This document shows, piece after piece, positions 48,561 through 60,580 of a DNA stretch of 64,000 nt (positions are counted from its first letter, which is position 1; the number at the start of each line of letters is the position of its first letter). The stretch lies in assembly GCA_051530055.1 (NCBI GenBank), contig CM121342.1, positions 8,217,412-8,281,411 on the forward strand, in the 5' to 3' direction. A program made the position numbers and the translations under genes. Origin of the DNA: Neoechinorhynchus agilis (taxonomy: Eukaryota; Animalia; Acanthocephala). A model generated the notes under the pieces. That model worked only from the letters and a program-made list of their open reading frames with translations. It was not told the origin of the DNA and ran no database searches.

Positions 48561-48967
48561 CACACATGAATTTAACTGAAGAATTACCTTTTATTTTAAA
48601 AAAAGAAATAACTTTATCACGAAAACCTACAAACAGCTCTGAAGAAGTCCAACGTCGAAAACGATGCATTAAAATTAAATTGTTTTCGTAATATCATCTT
48701 CACAAAATCAATTACCATTTAATTTCACATTGCTTTTGAAGCCGAATTTCCACTGTATTAGTAGCTGTTCACATAAAATAAGTTTAATTTAAAAAGTGAC
48801 TCTGAAATAATCACGAAAAAGATAAATCAACACATGCTGCTGACATTTTCGACTTTCTTTAATAACATTTTCGGTTAAAATAAATTTCGCAATTTTAAAT
48901 GCGTCTAAAAAGTATGTACAATGGCACAGAAACCATCGATTAAGACGTGCATCAGAGATTTCTGGTC

Positions 48968-51900
48968 TCCCAAGAGAAAACAGCGATTCTTTGTATTTTT
49001 TCTTAAATTTCTAACCACTCCGAACAGAGGTTTAGAAGAAATTAGTTTAAAATAGAAGATTTTTTCAATTTCAAATCATGAGATTGCGTTGGTCAATGGT
49101 TAGCCCTGCCCCTCAGCAAAAACATTTAACCTACAATAAATCTCATCTTTTATAAGAAGAAATAAAGTTTTTTCCCAAGAGAAAAACAGCGACTCTTTGT
49201 ATTTTCTCTTAAAATTGTAAACACTCCGAACAAAGGTTTAGAAGAAATTTATTTATAGTAGAAGATTTTTCCTATTTCAAATCATGAGATTGTGTATGTC
49301 AATGGTTAGCCCTGCCCCTCCCCAAAAACATTTAACCTACAATAAATCTCATCTTTTATAAGAAGAAATAAAGTTTTTTCCCAAACAAAAAAACAGCGAC
49401 TCTGTATTTTCTCTTAAAATTGTAAACACTCCGAACAAAGGTTTAGAAGAAATTTATTTATAGTAGAAGATTTTTCCTATTTTAAATCATGAGATTGCGT
49501 TGGTCAATGGTTAGCCCTGCCCCTCCCCAAAACCATTTAACCTACAATAAATCTCATCTTTTATAAGAAGAAATAAAGTTTTTTCCCAAGAGAAAAACAG
49601 CGATTCTTTGTATTTTTCCTTAAAATTGTAACTACTCCGAACAAAGGTTTAGAAGAAATTTATTTATAGTAGAAGATTTTTCCTATTTCAAATCATGAGA
49701 TTGCGTTGGTCAATGGTTAGCCCTGCCCCTCCCCAAAAACATTTAACCAACAATAAATCTCATCTTTTATAAGAAGAAATAAAGTTTTTTCTCTAGAGCA
49801 AAACAGCGACTCTTTGTATTTTTTCTTAAAATTCCAACCACTCCGAACAAAGGTTTAGAAGAAATTAGTTAAAAATAGAAGATTTTTCCCATTTTAAATC
49901 ATGAGATTGCGTTGGTCAATGGTTAGCCCTGCCCCTCCCCATAATCATTTAATGTACAATAAATCTCATCTTTTATAAGAAGAAATAAAGTTTTTTCCCA
50001 AGAGAAAAGCAGCGATTCTTTGTATTTTTTCTTAAACTTCTAACCACTCCGAACAAAGGTTTAGAAGAAATTTATTTATAGTAGAAGATTTTTCCTGTTT
50101 CAAATCATGAGATTGTGTTGGTCAATGGTTAGCCCTGTCCCTCCCCATAACATTTAACCTACAATAAATCTCATCTTTTATAAAAAGAAATAAATTTTTT
50201 TCCCTAGATAAAAACAGCGACTCTTTGTATTTTCTCTTAAAATTGTAACCACTCCGAACAAAGGTTTAGAAGAAATTAGTTTAAAATAGAAGGTTTTTCC
50301 CATTTTAAATCATGAAATTGCGTTGGTCAATGGTTAGCCCTGCCCCTCCGCAAAAACATTTAACCTACAATAAATCTCATCTTTTATAAGAAGAAATAAA
50401 GTTTTTTCCCTAGAGAAAAACAGCGATCCTTTGTATTTTTTCTTAAACTTCTAACCACTCCAACAAAGGTTTAGAAGAAATTAGTTTAAAATAGAAGATT
50501 TTTATATTTTAAATCATGAGATTGCGTTGGTCAATGGTTAGCCCTGCCCCTCCGCAAAAAATTTCACCTACAATAAATCTTATCTTTTATTAGAAGAAAT
50601 AAAGTATTTTCCCTAGAGAGTAACAGCGAATCTTTGTATTTTTTCTTAAAATTGTAACTACTCCGAACAAAGGTTTAGAAGAAATTGGTTATAAATAGAA
50701 GATTTTTTCTATTACAAATCATGAGATTGTGTTGGTCAATGGTTAGCCCTGCCCATCCCAAAATACATTTAACCTACAATAAATCTCATCTTTTATAAGA
50801 AGAAATAAAGTTTTTTCCGAAGAGAAAAACAGCGATTCTTTGTATTTTTTCTTAAACTTCTGACCACTCCGAACAAAGGTTTAGAAGAAATTAGTTTAAA
50901 ATAAAAGATTTTTCCCATTTCAAATCATGAGATTGTGTTGGTCAATGGTTAGCCCTGCCCCTCCCCAAAAACATTTAACCTACAATAAATCTCATCTTTT
51001 ATAAGAAGAAATAAAGTTTTTTCCCAAGAGAAAAACAGCGATTCTATGTATTTTTTCTTAAAATTCTAACCACTTCGAACGAAGGTTTAGAAGAAATTTA
51101 TTTATAGTAGAATATTTTTCCTATTTAAAATCATGAGATTGTGTTGGTCAATGGTTAGCCCTGCCCCTCCGCAAAAACATTTAACCTACAATAAATCTCA
51201 TCTTTTATAAGAAGAAATAAGTTTTTTTCCCAAGAGAAAAACAGCGACTCTTTGTATTTTTTCTTAAACTTCTAACCACTCCGAACAGAGGTTTAGAAGA
51301 AATTTATTTATAGTAGAAGATTTTTCCCATTTTAAATCATGAGATTGCGTTGGTCAATGGTTAGCCCTGCCCCTCCCCAAAAACATTTAACCTACAATAA
51401 ATCCCATCCTTTATAAGAAGAAATAAAGTGTTTTCCCAAGAGAGTAACAGCGAATCTTTGTATTTTTTTCTTAAAAATTGTAACTACTCCGAACAAAGGT
51501 TTAGAAGAAATTAGTTTAAAATAGAAGATTTTTTCAATTTCAAATCATGAGATTGTGTTGGTCAATGGTTAGCCCTGCCCATCCCAAAATACATTTAACC
51601 TACAATAAATCTCATCTTTATAAGAAAGAAATAAAGTTTTTCCGAAGAGAAAAGAGCGATTCTTTGTATTTTTCTTAAACTTCTAAATCTTGTCAAAGGT
51701 TTAGAAGAAATTAGTTTAAAATAAAGATTTTTCCTACTTTCCCAAATCATGAGATTGTGTTGGTCAATGGTTAGCCCTGCCCCTCCCCAAAAACATTTAA
51801 CCTACAATAAATCTCATCTTTTATAAGAAGAAATAAAGTTGTTCCTAAGAGAAAAACAGCGATCCTTTGTATTTTTTCTTAAAATTCTAACCACTCCGAA

Positions 51901-54900
51901 CAAAGGTTTAGAAGAAATTAGTTTAATATAGAAGATTTTTCCCATTTTAGATCATGAGATTGCGTTGGTCAATGGTTAGCCCTGCCCCACCCCAAAAACA
52001 TTTCACCTACAATAAATCTCATCTTTTATAAGAAGAAATAAAGTTTTCTCCCAAGAGAAAAACAGCGATTCTTTGTATTTTTTCTTAAAATTCTAACCAC
52101 TCCGAAAAAAGGTTTAGAAGAAATTAGTTTAAAATAGAAGATTTTTCCCATTTCAAATCATGAGATTGCGTTGGTCAATGGCTAGCCCTGCCCCTCCCCA
52201 AAAAAATTTCACCTACAATAAATCTCATCTTTTATAAGAAGAAATAAAGTATTTTCCCTAGAGAAAAACAGCGATTCTTTGTATTTTTTCTTAAAATTCT
52301 AACCACTCCGAACAAAGGTTTAGAAGAAATTAGTTTAATATAGAAGATTTTTCCCATTTTAGATCATGAGATTGCGTTGGTCAATGGTTAGCCCTGCCCC
52401 ACCCCAAAAACATTTCACCTACAATAAATCTCATCTTTTATAAGAAGAAATAAAGTTTTCTCCCAAGAGAAAAACAGCGATTCTTTGTATTTTTTCTTAA
52501 AATTCTAACCACTCCGAAAAAAGGTTTAGAAGAAATTAGTTTAAAATAGAAGATTTTTCCCATTTCAAATCATGAGATTGCGTTGGTCAAGGTTTGCCCT
52601 GCCCCTCCTCATAACATTTAACCTACAATAAATCTCATCTTTTATAAGAAGAAATAAAGTTTTTTCCGAAGAGAAAAACAGCGATTCTTTGTATTTTTTC
52701 TTAAACTTCTGACCACTCCGAACAAAGGTTTAGAAGAAATTAGTTTAAAATAAAAGATTTTTCCCATTTCAAATCATGAGATTGTGTTGGTCAATGGTTA
52801 GCCCTGCCCCTCCCCAAAAACATTTAACCTACAATAAATCTTATCTTTTATAAGAAGAAATAAAGTTTTTTCCCAAGAGAAAAACAGCGATTCTTTGTTT
52901 TTTTTCTTAAAATTCTAACCACTCCGAACAGAGGTTTAGAAGAAATTGGTTTAAAATAGAAGATTTTTCCTATTTCAAATCATGAGATTGTGTTGGTCAA
53001 TGGTTAGCCCTGCCCCTCCCCAAAAACATTTAACCTACAATAAATCTCATCTTTTATAAGAAGAAATAAAGTTTTTTCCCAAGAGAAAAACAGCGATTCT
53101 TTGTTTTTTTTCTTAAAATTCTAACCACTCCGAACAGAGGTTTAGAAGAAATTGGTTTAAAATAGAAGATTTTTCCTATTTCAAATCATGAGATTGTGTT
53201 GGTCAATGGTTAGCCCTGCCCCTCCCCAAAAACATTTAACCTACAATAAATCTCATCTTTTATAAGAAGAAATAAAGTTTTTCCCAAGAGAAAAACAGCG
53301 ACTCTTTGTATTTTTTCTTAAACTTCTGACCACCGCTAACAAAGGTTTAGAAGAAATTAGTTTAAAATAGAAGATTTTTCCTATTTCAAATCATGAGATT
53401 GTGTTGGTCAATGGTTAGCCCTGCCCCTCCGCAAAAACATTTAACCTACAATAAATCTCATCTTTTATAAGAAGAAATAAAGTATTTTCCCTAGAGAGTA
53501 ACAGCGAATCTTTGTATTTTTTTCTTAAAATTGTAACTACTCCGAACAAAGGTTTAGAAGAAATTAGTTTAAAATAGAAGATTTTTTCAATTTCAAATCA
53601 TGAGATTGTGTTGGTCAATGGTTAGCCCTGCCCATCCCAAAATACATTTAACCTACAATAAATCTCATCTTTTATAAGAAGAAATAAAGTTTTTTCCGAA
53701 GAGAAAAACAGCGATTCTTTGTATTTTTTCTTAAACTTCTGACCACTCCGAACAAAGGTTTAGAAGAAATTAGTTTAAAATAAAAGATTTTTCCCATTTC
53801 AAATCATGAGATTGTGTTGGTCAATGGTTAGCCCTGCCCCTCCCCAAAAACATTTAACCTACAATAAATCTCATCTTTTATAAGAAGAAATAAAGTTTTT
53901 TCCCAAGAGAAAAACGACTCTTTGTATTTTTTCTTAAACTTCTGACCACTGCGAACAAAGGTTTAGAAGAAATTTATTTATAGTAGAAGATTTTTCCTAT
54001 TTAAAATCATGAGATTGCGTTGGTCAATGGTTAGCCCTGCCCCTCCCCAAAAACATTTAACCTACAATAAATCTCATCTTTTATAAAAAGAAATAAATTT
54101 TTTTTCTAGAGAAAAACAGCGATTCTTTGTATTTTTTCTTAAAATTCTGACCACTCCGAACAAAGGTTTAGAAGAAATTGGTTTAAAATAGAAGATTTTT
54201 CCTATTTCAAATCATGAGATTGTGTTGGTCAATGGTTAGCCATGCCCCTCCCCAAAAACATTTAACCTACAATAAATCTCATCTTTTATAAGAAGAAATA
54301 AGTTTTTCTCCGAAGAGAAAAACAGCGACTCTTTGTATTTTCTCTTAAAATTGCAACCACTCCGAACAAAGGTTTAGAAGAAATTTATTTATAGTAGAAG
54401 ATTTTTCCTATTTCAAATCATGAGATTGCGTTGGTCAATGGTTAGCCCTGCCCCTCCCCATAATATTTTAATGTACAATAAATCTTATCTTTTATTAGAA
54501 GAAATAAAGTTTTTTCCCAAGAGAAAAACAGCGATTCTTTGTTTTTTTTCTTAAAATTCTAACCACTCCGAACAGAGGTTTAGAAGAAATTTATTTATAG
54601 TAGAAGATTTTTCCCATTTCAAATCATGAGATTGTGTTGGTCAATGGTTAGCCCTGCCCCTCCACAAAAACATTTAACCTACAATAAATCTTATCTTTTA
54701 TAAGAAGAAATAAAGTTTTTTCCCAAGTGAAAAACAGCGATTCTTTGTATTTTTTCTTAAAATTTTAACAATTCCGAACAAAGGTTTAGAAGAAATTAGT
54801 TTAAAATTGAAGATTTTTCCAATTTTAAATCATGAGATTGTGTTGGTCAATGGTTAGCCCTGCCCCTCCGCAAAAACATTAAACCTACAATAAATCTCAT

Positions 54901-57900
54901 CTTTTATAAGGAAGAATAAAGTTTGTTCCCAAGAGAAAAACAGCGACTCTTTGTATATTTTCTTAAAATTCTAACCACTTCGAACGAAGGTTTAGAAGAA
55001 ATTTATTTATAGTAGAAGATTTTTCCTATTTCAAATCATGAGATTGTGTTGGTCAATCGTTAGCCCTGCCCCTCCCCAAAAACATTTAACCTACAATAAA
55101 TCTCATCTTTTATAAGAAGAAATAAGTTTTTTTCCCAAGAGAAAAACAGCGACTCTTTGTATTTTCTCTTAAAATTGCAACCACTCCGAACAAAGGTTTA
55201 GAAGAAATTTATTTATAGTAGAAGATTTCCTAGCCCAACCGCTATGATTATGGCACACGTTTTTCGCCCTGCCCCTCCACAAAAAACATTTAACCTACAA
55301 TAAATCTTATCTTTTATAAGAAGAAATAAAGTTTTTCCCAAGAGAAAAACAGCGATTCTTTGTATTTTTTCTTAAAATTGTAACTACTCCGAACAAAGGT
55401 TTAGAAGAAATTAGTTTAAAATGGAAGATTTTTCCCATTTTAAATCATGAGATTGCGTTGGTCAATGGTTAGTCCTGCCCCTCCGAAAAAACATTTAACC
55501 TACAATAAATCTTATCTTTTATAAGAAGAAATAAAGTATTTTCCCTAGAGAGTAACAGCGAATCTTTGAATTTTTTCTTAAAATTGTAACTACTCCGAAC
55601 AAAGGTTTAGAAGAAATTGGTTTAAAATAGAAGATTTTTCCTATTACAAATCATGAGATTGTGTTGGTCAATGGTTAGCCCTGCCCATCCCAAAATACAT
55701 TTAACCTACAATAAATCTCATCTTTTATAAAAAGAAATAAATTTTTTTCCCTAGAAAAAAACAGCGACTCTTTATATTTTCTCTTAAAATTGTAACCACT
55801 CCGAACAAAGGTTTAGAAGAAATTTATTTATGGTAGAAGATTTTTCCTATTTCAAATCATGAGATTGCGTTGGTCAGTGGTTAGCCCTGCCCATCAGCAA
55901 AAACATTTAACCTACAATAAATCTTATCTTTTATAAGAAGAAATAAAGTTTTTTCCCAAGAGAAAAACAGCGATTCTTTGTATTTTTTCTTAAAATTCTG
56001 ACCACTCCGAACAAAGGTTTAGAAGAAATTGGTTTAAAATAGAAGATTTTTCCCATTTCAAATCATGAGATTGTGTTGGTCAATGGTTAGCCCTGCCCCT
56101 CCGCAAAAACATTTAACCTACAATAAATCTCATCTTTTATAAAAAGAAATAAATTTTTTTCCCTAGAGAAAAACAGCGATTCTTTGTTTTTTTCTTAAAA
56201 TTCTGACCACTCCGAACAAAGGTTTAGAAGAAATTTATTTATAGTAGAAGATTTTTCCTATTTCAAATCATGAGATTGTGTTGGTCAATCGTTAGCCCTG
56301 CCCCTCCCCAAAAACATTTAACCTACAATAAATCTCATCTTTTATAAGAAGAAATAAGTTTTTTTCCCAAGAGAAAAACAGCGACTCTTTGTATTTTCTC
56401 TTAAAATTGCAACCACTCCGAACAAAGGTTTAGAAGAAATTTATAGTAGAAGATTTTTCCTATTTCAAATCATGAGATTGCGTTGGTCAATGGTTAGCCC
56501 TGCCCCTCCACAAAAACATTTAACCTACAATAAATCTTATCTTTTATAAGAAGAAATAAAGTGTTTTCCCAAGAGAAAAACAGCGATTCTTTGTATTTTT
56601 TCTTAAAATTTTAACAATTCCGAACAAAGGTTTAGAAGAAATTAGTTTAAAATGGAAGATTTTTCCCATTTTAAATCATGAGATTGTGTTGGTCAATGGT
56701 TAGCCCTGCCCCTCCGCAAAAACATTTAACCTACAATAAATCTCATCTTTTATAAGAAGAAATATAGTTTTCTCCCAAGAGAAAAACAGCGACTCTTTGT
56801 ATTTTTTCTTAAATTGTAAATACTCCGAACGAAGGTTTAGAAGAAATTTATTTATAGTAGAAGACGTTCTACCTTCAAATCATGAGATTGTGTTGGTCAA
56901 TGGTTAGCCCTGCCCCTCCCCAAAAACATTTAACCTACAATAAATCTCATCTTTTATAAGAAGAAATATAGTTTTCTCCCAAGAGAAAAACAGCGATTCT
57001 TTGTATTTTTTCTTAAAATTCTGACCACTTCGAACAAAGGTTTAGAAGAAATTAGTTTAAAATGGAAGATTTTTCCTATTTCAAATCATGAGATTGTGTT
57101 GGTCAATGGTTAGCCCTGCCCCTCCCCAAAAACATTTAACCTACAATAAATCTCATCTTTTATAAGAAGAAATAAAGTTTTTTCCCAAGAGAAAAACAGC
57201 GACTCTTTGTATTTTTTCTTAAACTTCTGACCACCGCTAACAAAGGTTTAGAAGAAATTAGTTTAAAATAGAAGATTTTTCCTATTTCAAATCATGAGAT
57301 TGTGTTGGTCAATGGTTAGCCCTGCCCCTCCGCAAAAACATTTAACCTACAATAAATCTCATCTTTTATAAGAAGAAATAAAGTATTTTCCCTAGAGAGT
57401 AACAGCGAATCTTTGTATTTTTTTCTTAAAATTGTAACTACTCCGAACAAAGGTTTAGAAGAAATTAGTTTAAAATAGAAGATTTTTTCAATTTCAAATC
57501 ATGAGATTGTGTTGGTCAATGGTTAGCCCTGCCCCTCCGCAAAAACATTTAACCTACAATAAATCTCATCTTTTATAAGAAGAAATATAGTTTTCTCCCA
57601 AGAGAAAAACAGCGACTCTTTGTATTTTTTCTTAAACTTCTGACCACTTCGAACGAAGGTTTAGAAGAAATTTATTTATAGTAGAAGATTTTTTCAATTT
57701 CAAATCATGAGATTGTGTTGGTCAATGGTAAGGCCCTGCCCCTCCGCAAAAACATTTAACCTACAATAAATCTCATCTTTTATAAGAAGAAATATAGTTT
57801 TCTCCCAAGAGAAAAACAGCGACTCTTTGTATTTTTTCTTAAACTTCTGACCACTTCGAACGAAGGTTTAGAAGAAATTTATTTATAGTAGAAGATTTTT

Positions 57901-58768
57901 CCCATTTCAAATCATGAGATTGTGTTGGTCAATGGTTAGCCCTGCCCCTCCCCAAAAACATTTAACCTACAATAAATCTTATCTTTTATAAGAAGAAATA
58001 AAGTTTTTTCCCAAGAGAAAAACAGCGATTCTTTGTTTTTTTTCTTAAAATTCTAACCACTCCGAACAGAGGTTTAGAAGAAATTTATTTATAGTAGAAG
58101 ATTTTTCCCATTTCAAATCATGAGATTGTGTTGGTCAATGGTTAGCCCTGCCCCTCCACAAAAACATTTAACCTACAATAAATCTTATCTTTTATAAGAA
58201 GAAATAAAGTTTTTTCCTACAGAAAAACAGCGACTCTTTGTACTTTTCTTAAACTTCTGACCACCGCTAACAAAGTTGGTTTATGAAGAAATTAGTTTTC
58301 AATAGAAGATTTTTTCAATTTCCAAATCATGAGATTGTGTTGGTCAATGGTTTAGCCCTGCCCCTCCCAAAAACATTTAACCTCAAAAAAACATTTAACC
58401 TTCAATAAATCTCATCTTTTATAAGAAGGAATAAAGTTTGTTCCCAAGAGAAAAACAGCGATTCTTTGTATTTTTTCTTAAACTTCTGACCACTCCGAAC
58501 AAAGGTTTAGAAGAAATTTATTTATAGTAGAAGATTTTTCCTATTTTAAATCATGAGATTGCGTTGGTCAATGGTTAGCCCTGCCCCTCCCCAAAACATT
58601 TAACCTACTATAAATCCCATCTTTTATAAGAAGAAATAAAGTGTTTTCCCAAGAGAAAAACAGCGACTCTGTATTTTTCCTTAAAATTCTAACCACTCCG
58701 AACAAAGGTTTAGAAGAAATTTATTTATAGTAGAAGATTTTTCCTATTTCAAATCATGAGATTGCGTT
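48968..58768. repeat. Tandem satellite, ~206-bp unit, ~47-48 copies
   Basis: CATG anchor at 49077, 49283, 49488, 49694, 49900...; unit contains aatcatgagattg.gttggtcaatggttagccctgcccctcc. Confidence 0.99.
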
Positions 58769-59003
58769 ATTAACATTTAAGACACTAATTCGGGACAAAG
58801 GAGGTTTTTTAAATCTTTCTTGTCTTAAAACAATTTTAAACGTAAAGAAGTGATACGAAACGGATCAATGTTTCTTAATAAATCGCACACAAGTGCATCG
58901 GTCGAATCCGTTTTTTTCATCGCCAATAGCGCACGCGGAGGTCACGTATTTGCGCCCGAACGTAACACATCCGCATCGCTGTCTGCTCTTAAATCCCACT
59001 CAC

Positions 59004-59948
59004 ATGGACGACAGTGCCATATTTTCTCTTTCATCGACAATCGGCTCCACTGAGGAGGAATCTCAAATGGAAGAGGAAAGTTGGATGAGCGCTACGATCG
59101 GCACCGGCAGGTTTGATGACTTGGGCAATTATATTGTCGATGAACCCAAGTCGACGGAAGTTCAAATCTCACAAGAAGACGACGTGAACGTTCCTATTAA
59201 ACCAATGTATTCGTGCTCGGAATTCAACAGTTGTTATGAACCAATTCCTGCATATCAAATTGATCTTAATCTTTTGGACGTTCGTTCAGTATCCGCTGAA
59301 TTTATAGTTATTGGTGATTCAGATTTGCAAGACCTTGATACGGCACTTTTGGATCCTTATCAAAACGCTTTTGTTCAACATCTTCCAAACGCAAATATCC
59401 GCAATGTCATGTGGTTTGTATTGAGCACTCAATTCAGCATGGAATGTAAACATATTGTTCTTCATGTGGGAACGTCGGATTTTCATCAAGATTGTATGCC
59501 AGTGCCGGAATTCGCCGCTAAAATTGAACATCTCGTTCATGTAACTCACCAAAAAGCACGAGCCGCTCGTATTTATTATACAATTCCTATTCCGGCAGAA
59601 GATGCCTTCGAAACCAATGTTTTACGTTCAAAACTTCTTGATAAGGCACTGTATAAAATGGCAAAACGAATCGGTTCATTGTTTTTTACTTTTGTCAGGT
59701 GGATCGATTGGAAACAAGTGGATGTTCTTAGCGGAGAACCGCCCATTCTGACATATAAACCAATGGAACAATGCCCTATTTATATTGAACTAGGACAACT
59801 TAAATCAAAACTGTATAATTCGTTAAAGGTGCTTTTGAAAGCAGTTTTAGACGATGATGATGGCGGGAGTGTTCGTGAGACGAGAATTAACGCAACGTCG
59901 TTCAAACCGAACGATTGTGGTCAATGGAAACGTTCTGAACAACAATGA
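59004..59948 (+). CDS. SGNH/GDSL-fold protein resembling LINE ORF1 esterase domains, 314 aa
   Basis: Block I FIVIGDS, block II-like HLPNANI, block III IVLHVGTSD; block V DxxH not visible; acidic N-terminus. Confidence 0.7.
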   Translation: MDDSAIFSLSSTIGSTEEESQMEEESWMSATIGTGRFDDLGNYIVDEPKSTEVQISQEDDVNVPIKPMYSCSEFNSCYEPIPAYQIDLNLLDVRSVSAEFIVIGDSDLQDLDTALLDPYQNAFVQHLPNANIRNVMWFVLSTQFSMECKHIVLHVGTSDFHQDCMPVPEFAAKIEHLVHVTHQKARAARIYYTIPIPAEDAFETNVLRSKLLDKALYKMAKRIGSLFFTFVRWIDWKQVDVLSGEPPILTYKPMEQCPIYIELGQLKSKLYNSLKVLLKAVLDDDDGGSVRETRINATSFKPNDCGQWKRSEQQ

Positions 59949-60107
59949 GTTCGGAGGCGATGAAAATAATCGCCACCGTAAGGTTTTAGTTACAATGCTT
60001 GCTTCGGTTAGCAATCGCATGTTCTTGTTAAGTCAATAAATTTCGCGATTGATTTTTTCTAAAAAAAAGAAGCTGAACGGGAGTTGGAGAACAAGGGCTG
60101 TATGCCT

Positions 60108-60410
60108 AATTTGCGAATAGTTGAATTTTAGATCAAAAATGAAGTATTGAACACATTGAAGGGTTCGGAAAAATAAACCGTCATTGGGACCAGTTGACAG
60201 TTTCATAATTGCATTTTAAGCGAAAAAAAGTTTGACTTAATTTTGGATAATTTGCGAATGGTTGAATTTTAGATGAAAAATGAAGTATTGAACACATCGA
60301 AAGGTTCGGAAAAATAAACCGTCATTGGGACTAGTTTACAGTTTCATAATTGCATTTTAAGCGAAAAAAAGTTTGACTTAATTTCGCTTAATTTTCGTAT
60401 AGTTGAATTT
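60108..60410. repeat. 141-bp tandem dimer plus partial third unit
   Basis: ttgcgaat at 60111 and 60252; near-identical units. Confidence 0.9.
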
Positions 60411-60543
60411 GCTTATGTTGTACAAAATTCGGAGGAATTGATTGTTGGTAATAATATCAAGATGACGCGCACTTTCGAAAACGTTTCTGCAATAATTACA
60501 CTTTCGGTGAGAATAATTCGGGTCATTACATATTTTATTTATT

Positions 60544-60580
60544 CGAAACATTTCGCGAGGTATCCTCGCCTCTTCAGTCA
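60544..60580 (-). ncRNA. Minimal type I hammerhead ribozyme, near intact
   Basis: UGA-CUGAAGA-G-GCGAGG-AUA-CCUCGC-GAAA-UGUU-UCG then AAUAAA; U17 is a poor cleavage base. Confidence 0.72.

Noticed and set aside
48968-58768. CRISPR-like repeat/spacer array
   Set aside because: Whole units are homologous with no unique spacers, no cas genes, and the context is eukaryotic.
48968-58768. GGTTAG/CCCT as telomeric repeat; CCAAT/GC-box promoter motifs in the satellite
   Set aside because: Single short matches per unit with no tandem TTAGGG; cannot be told from chance.
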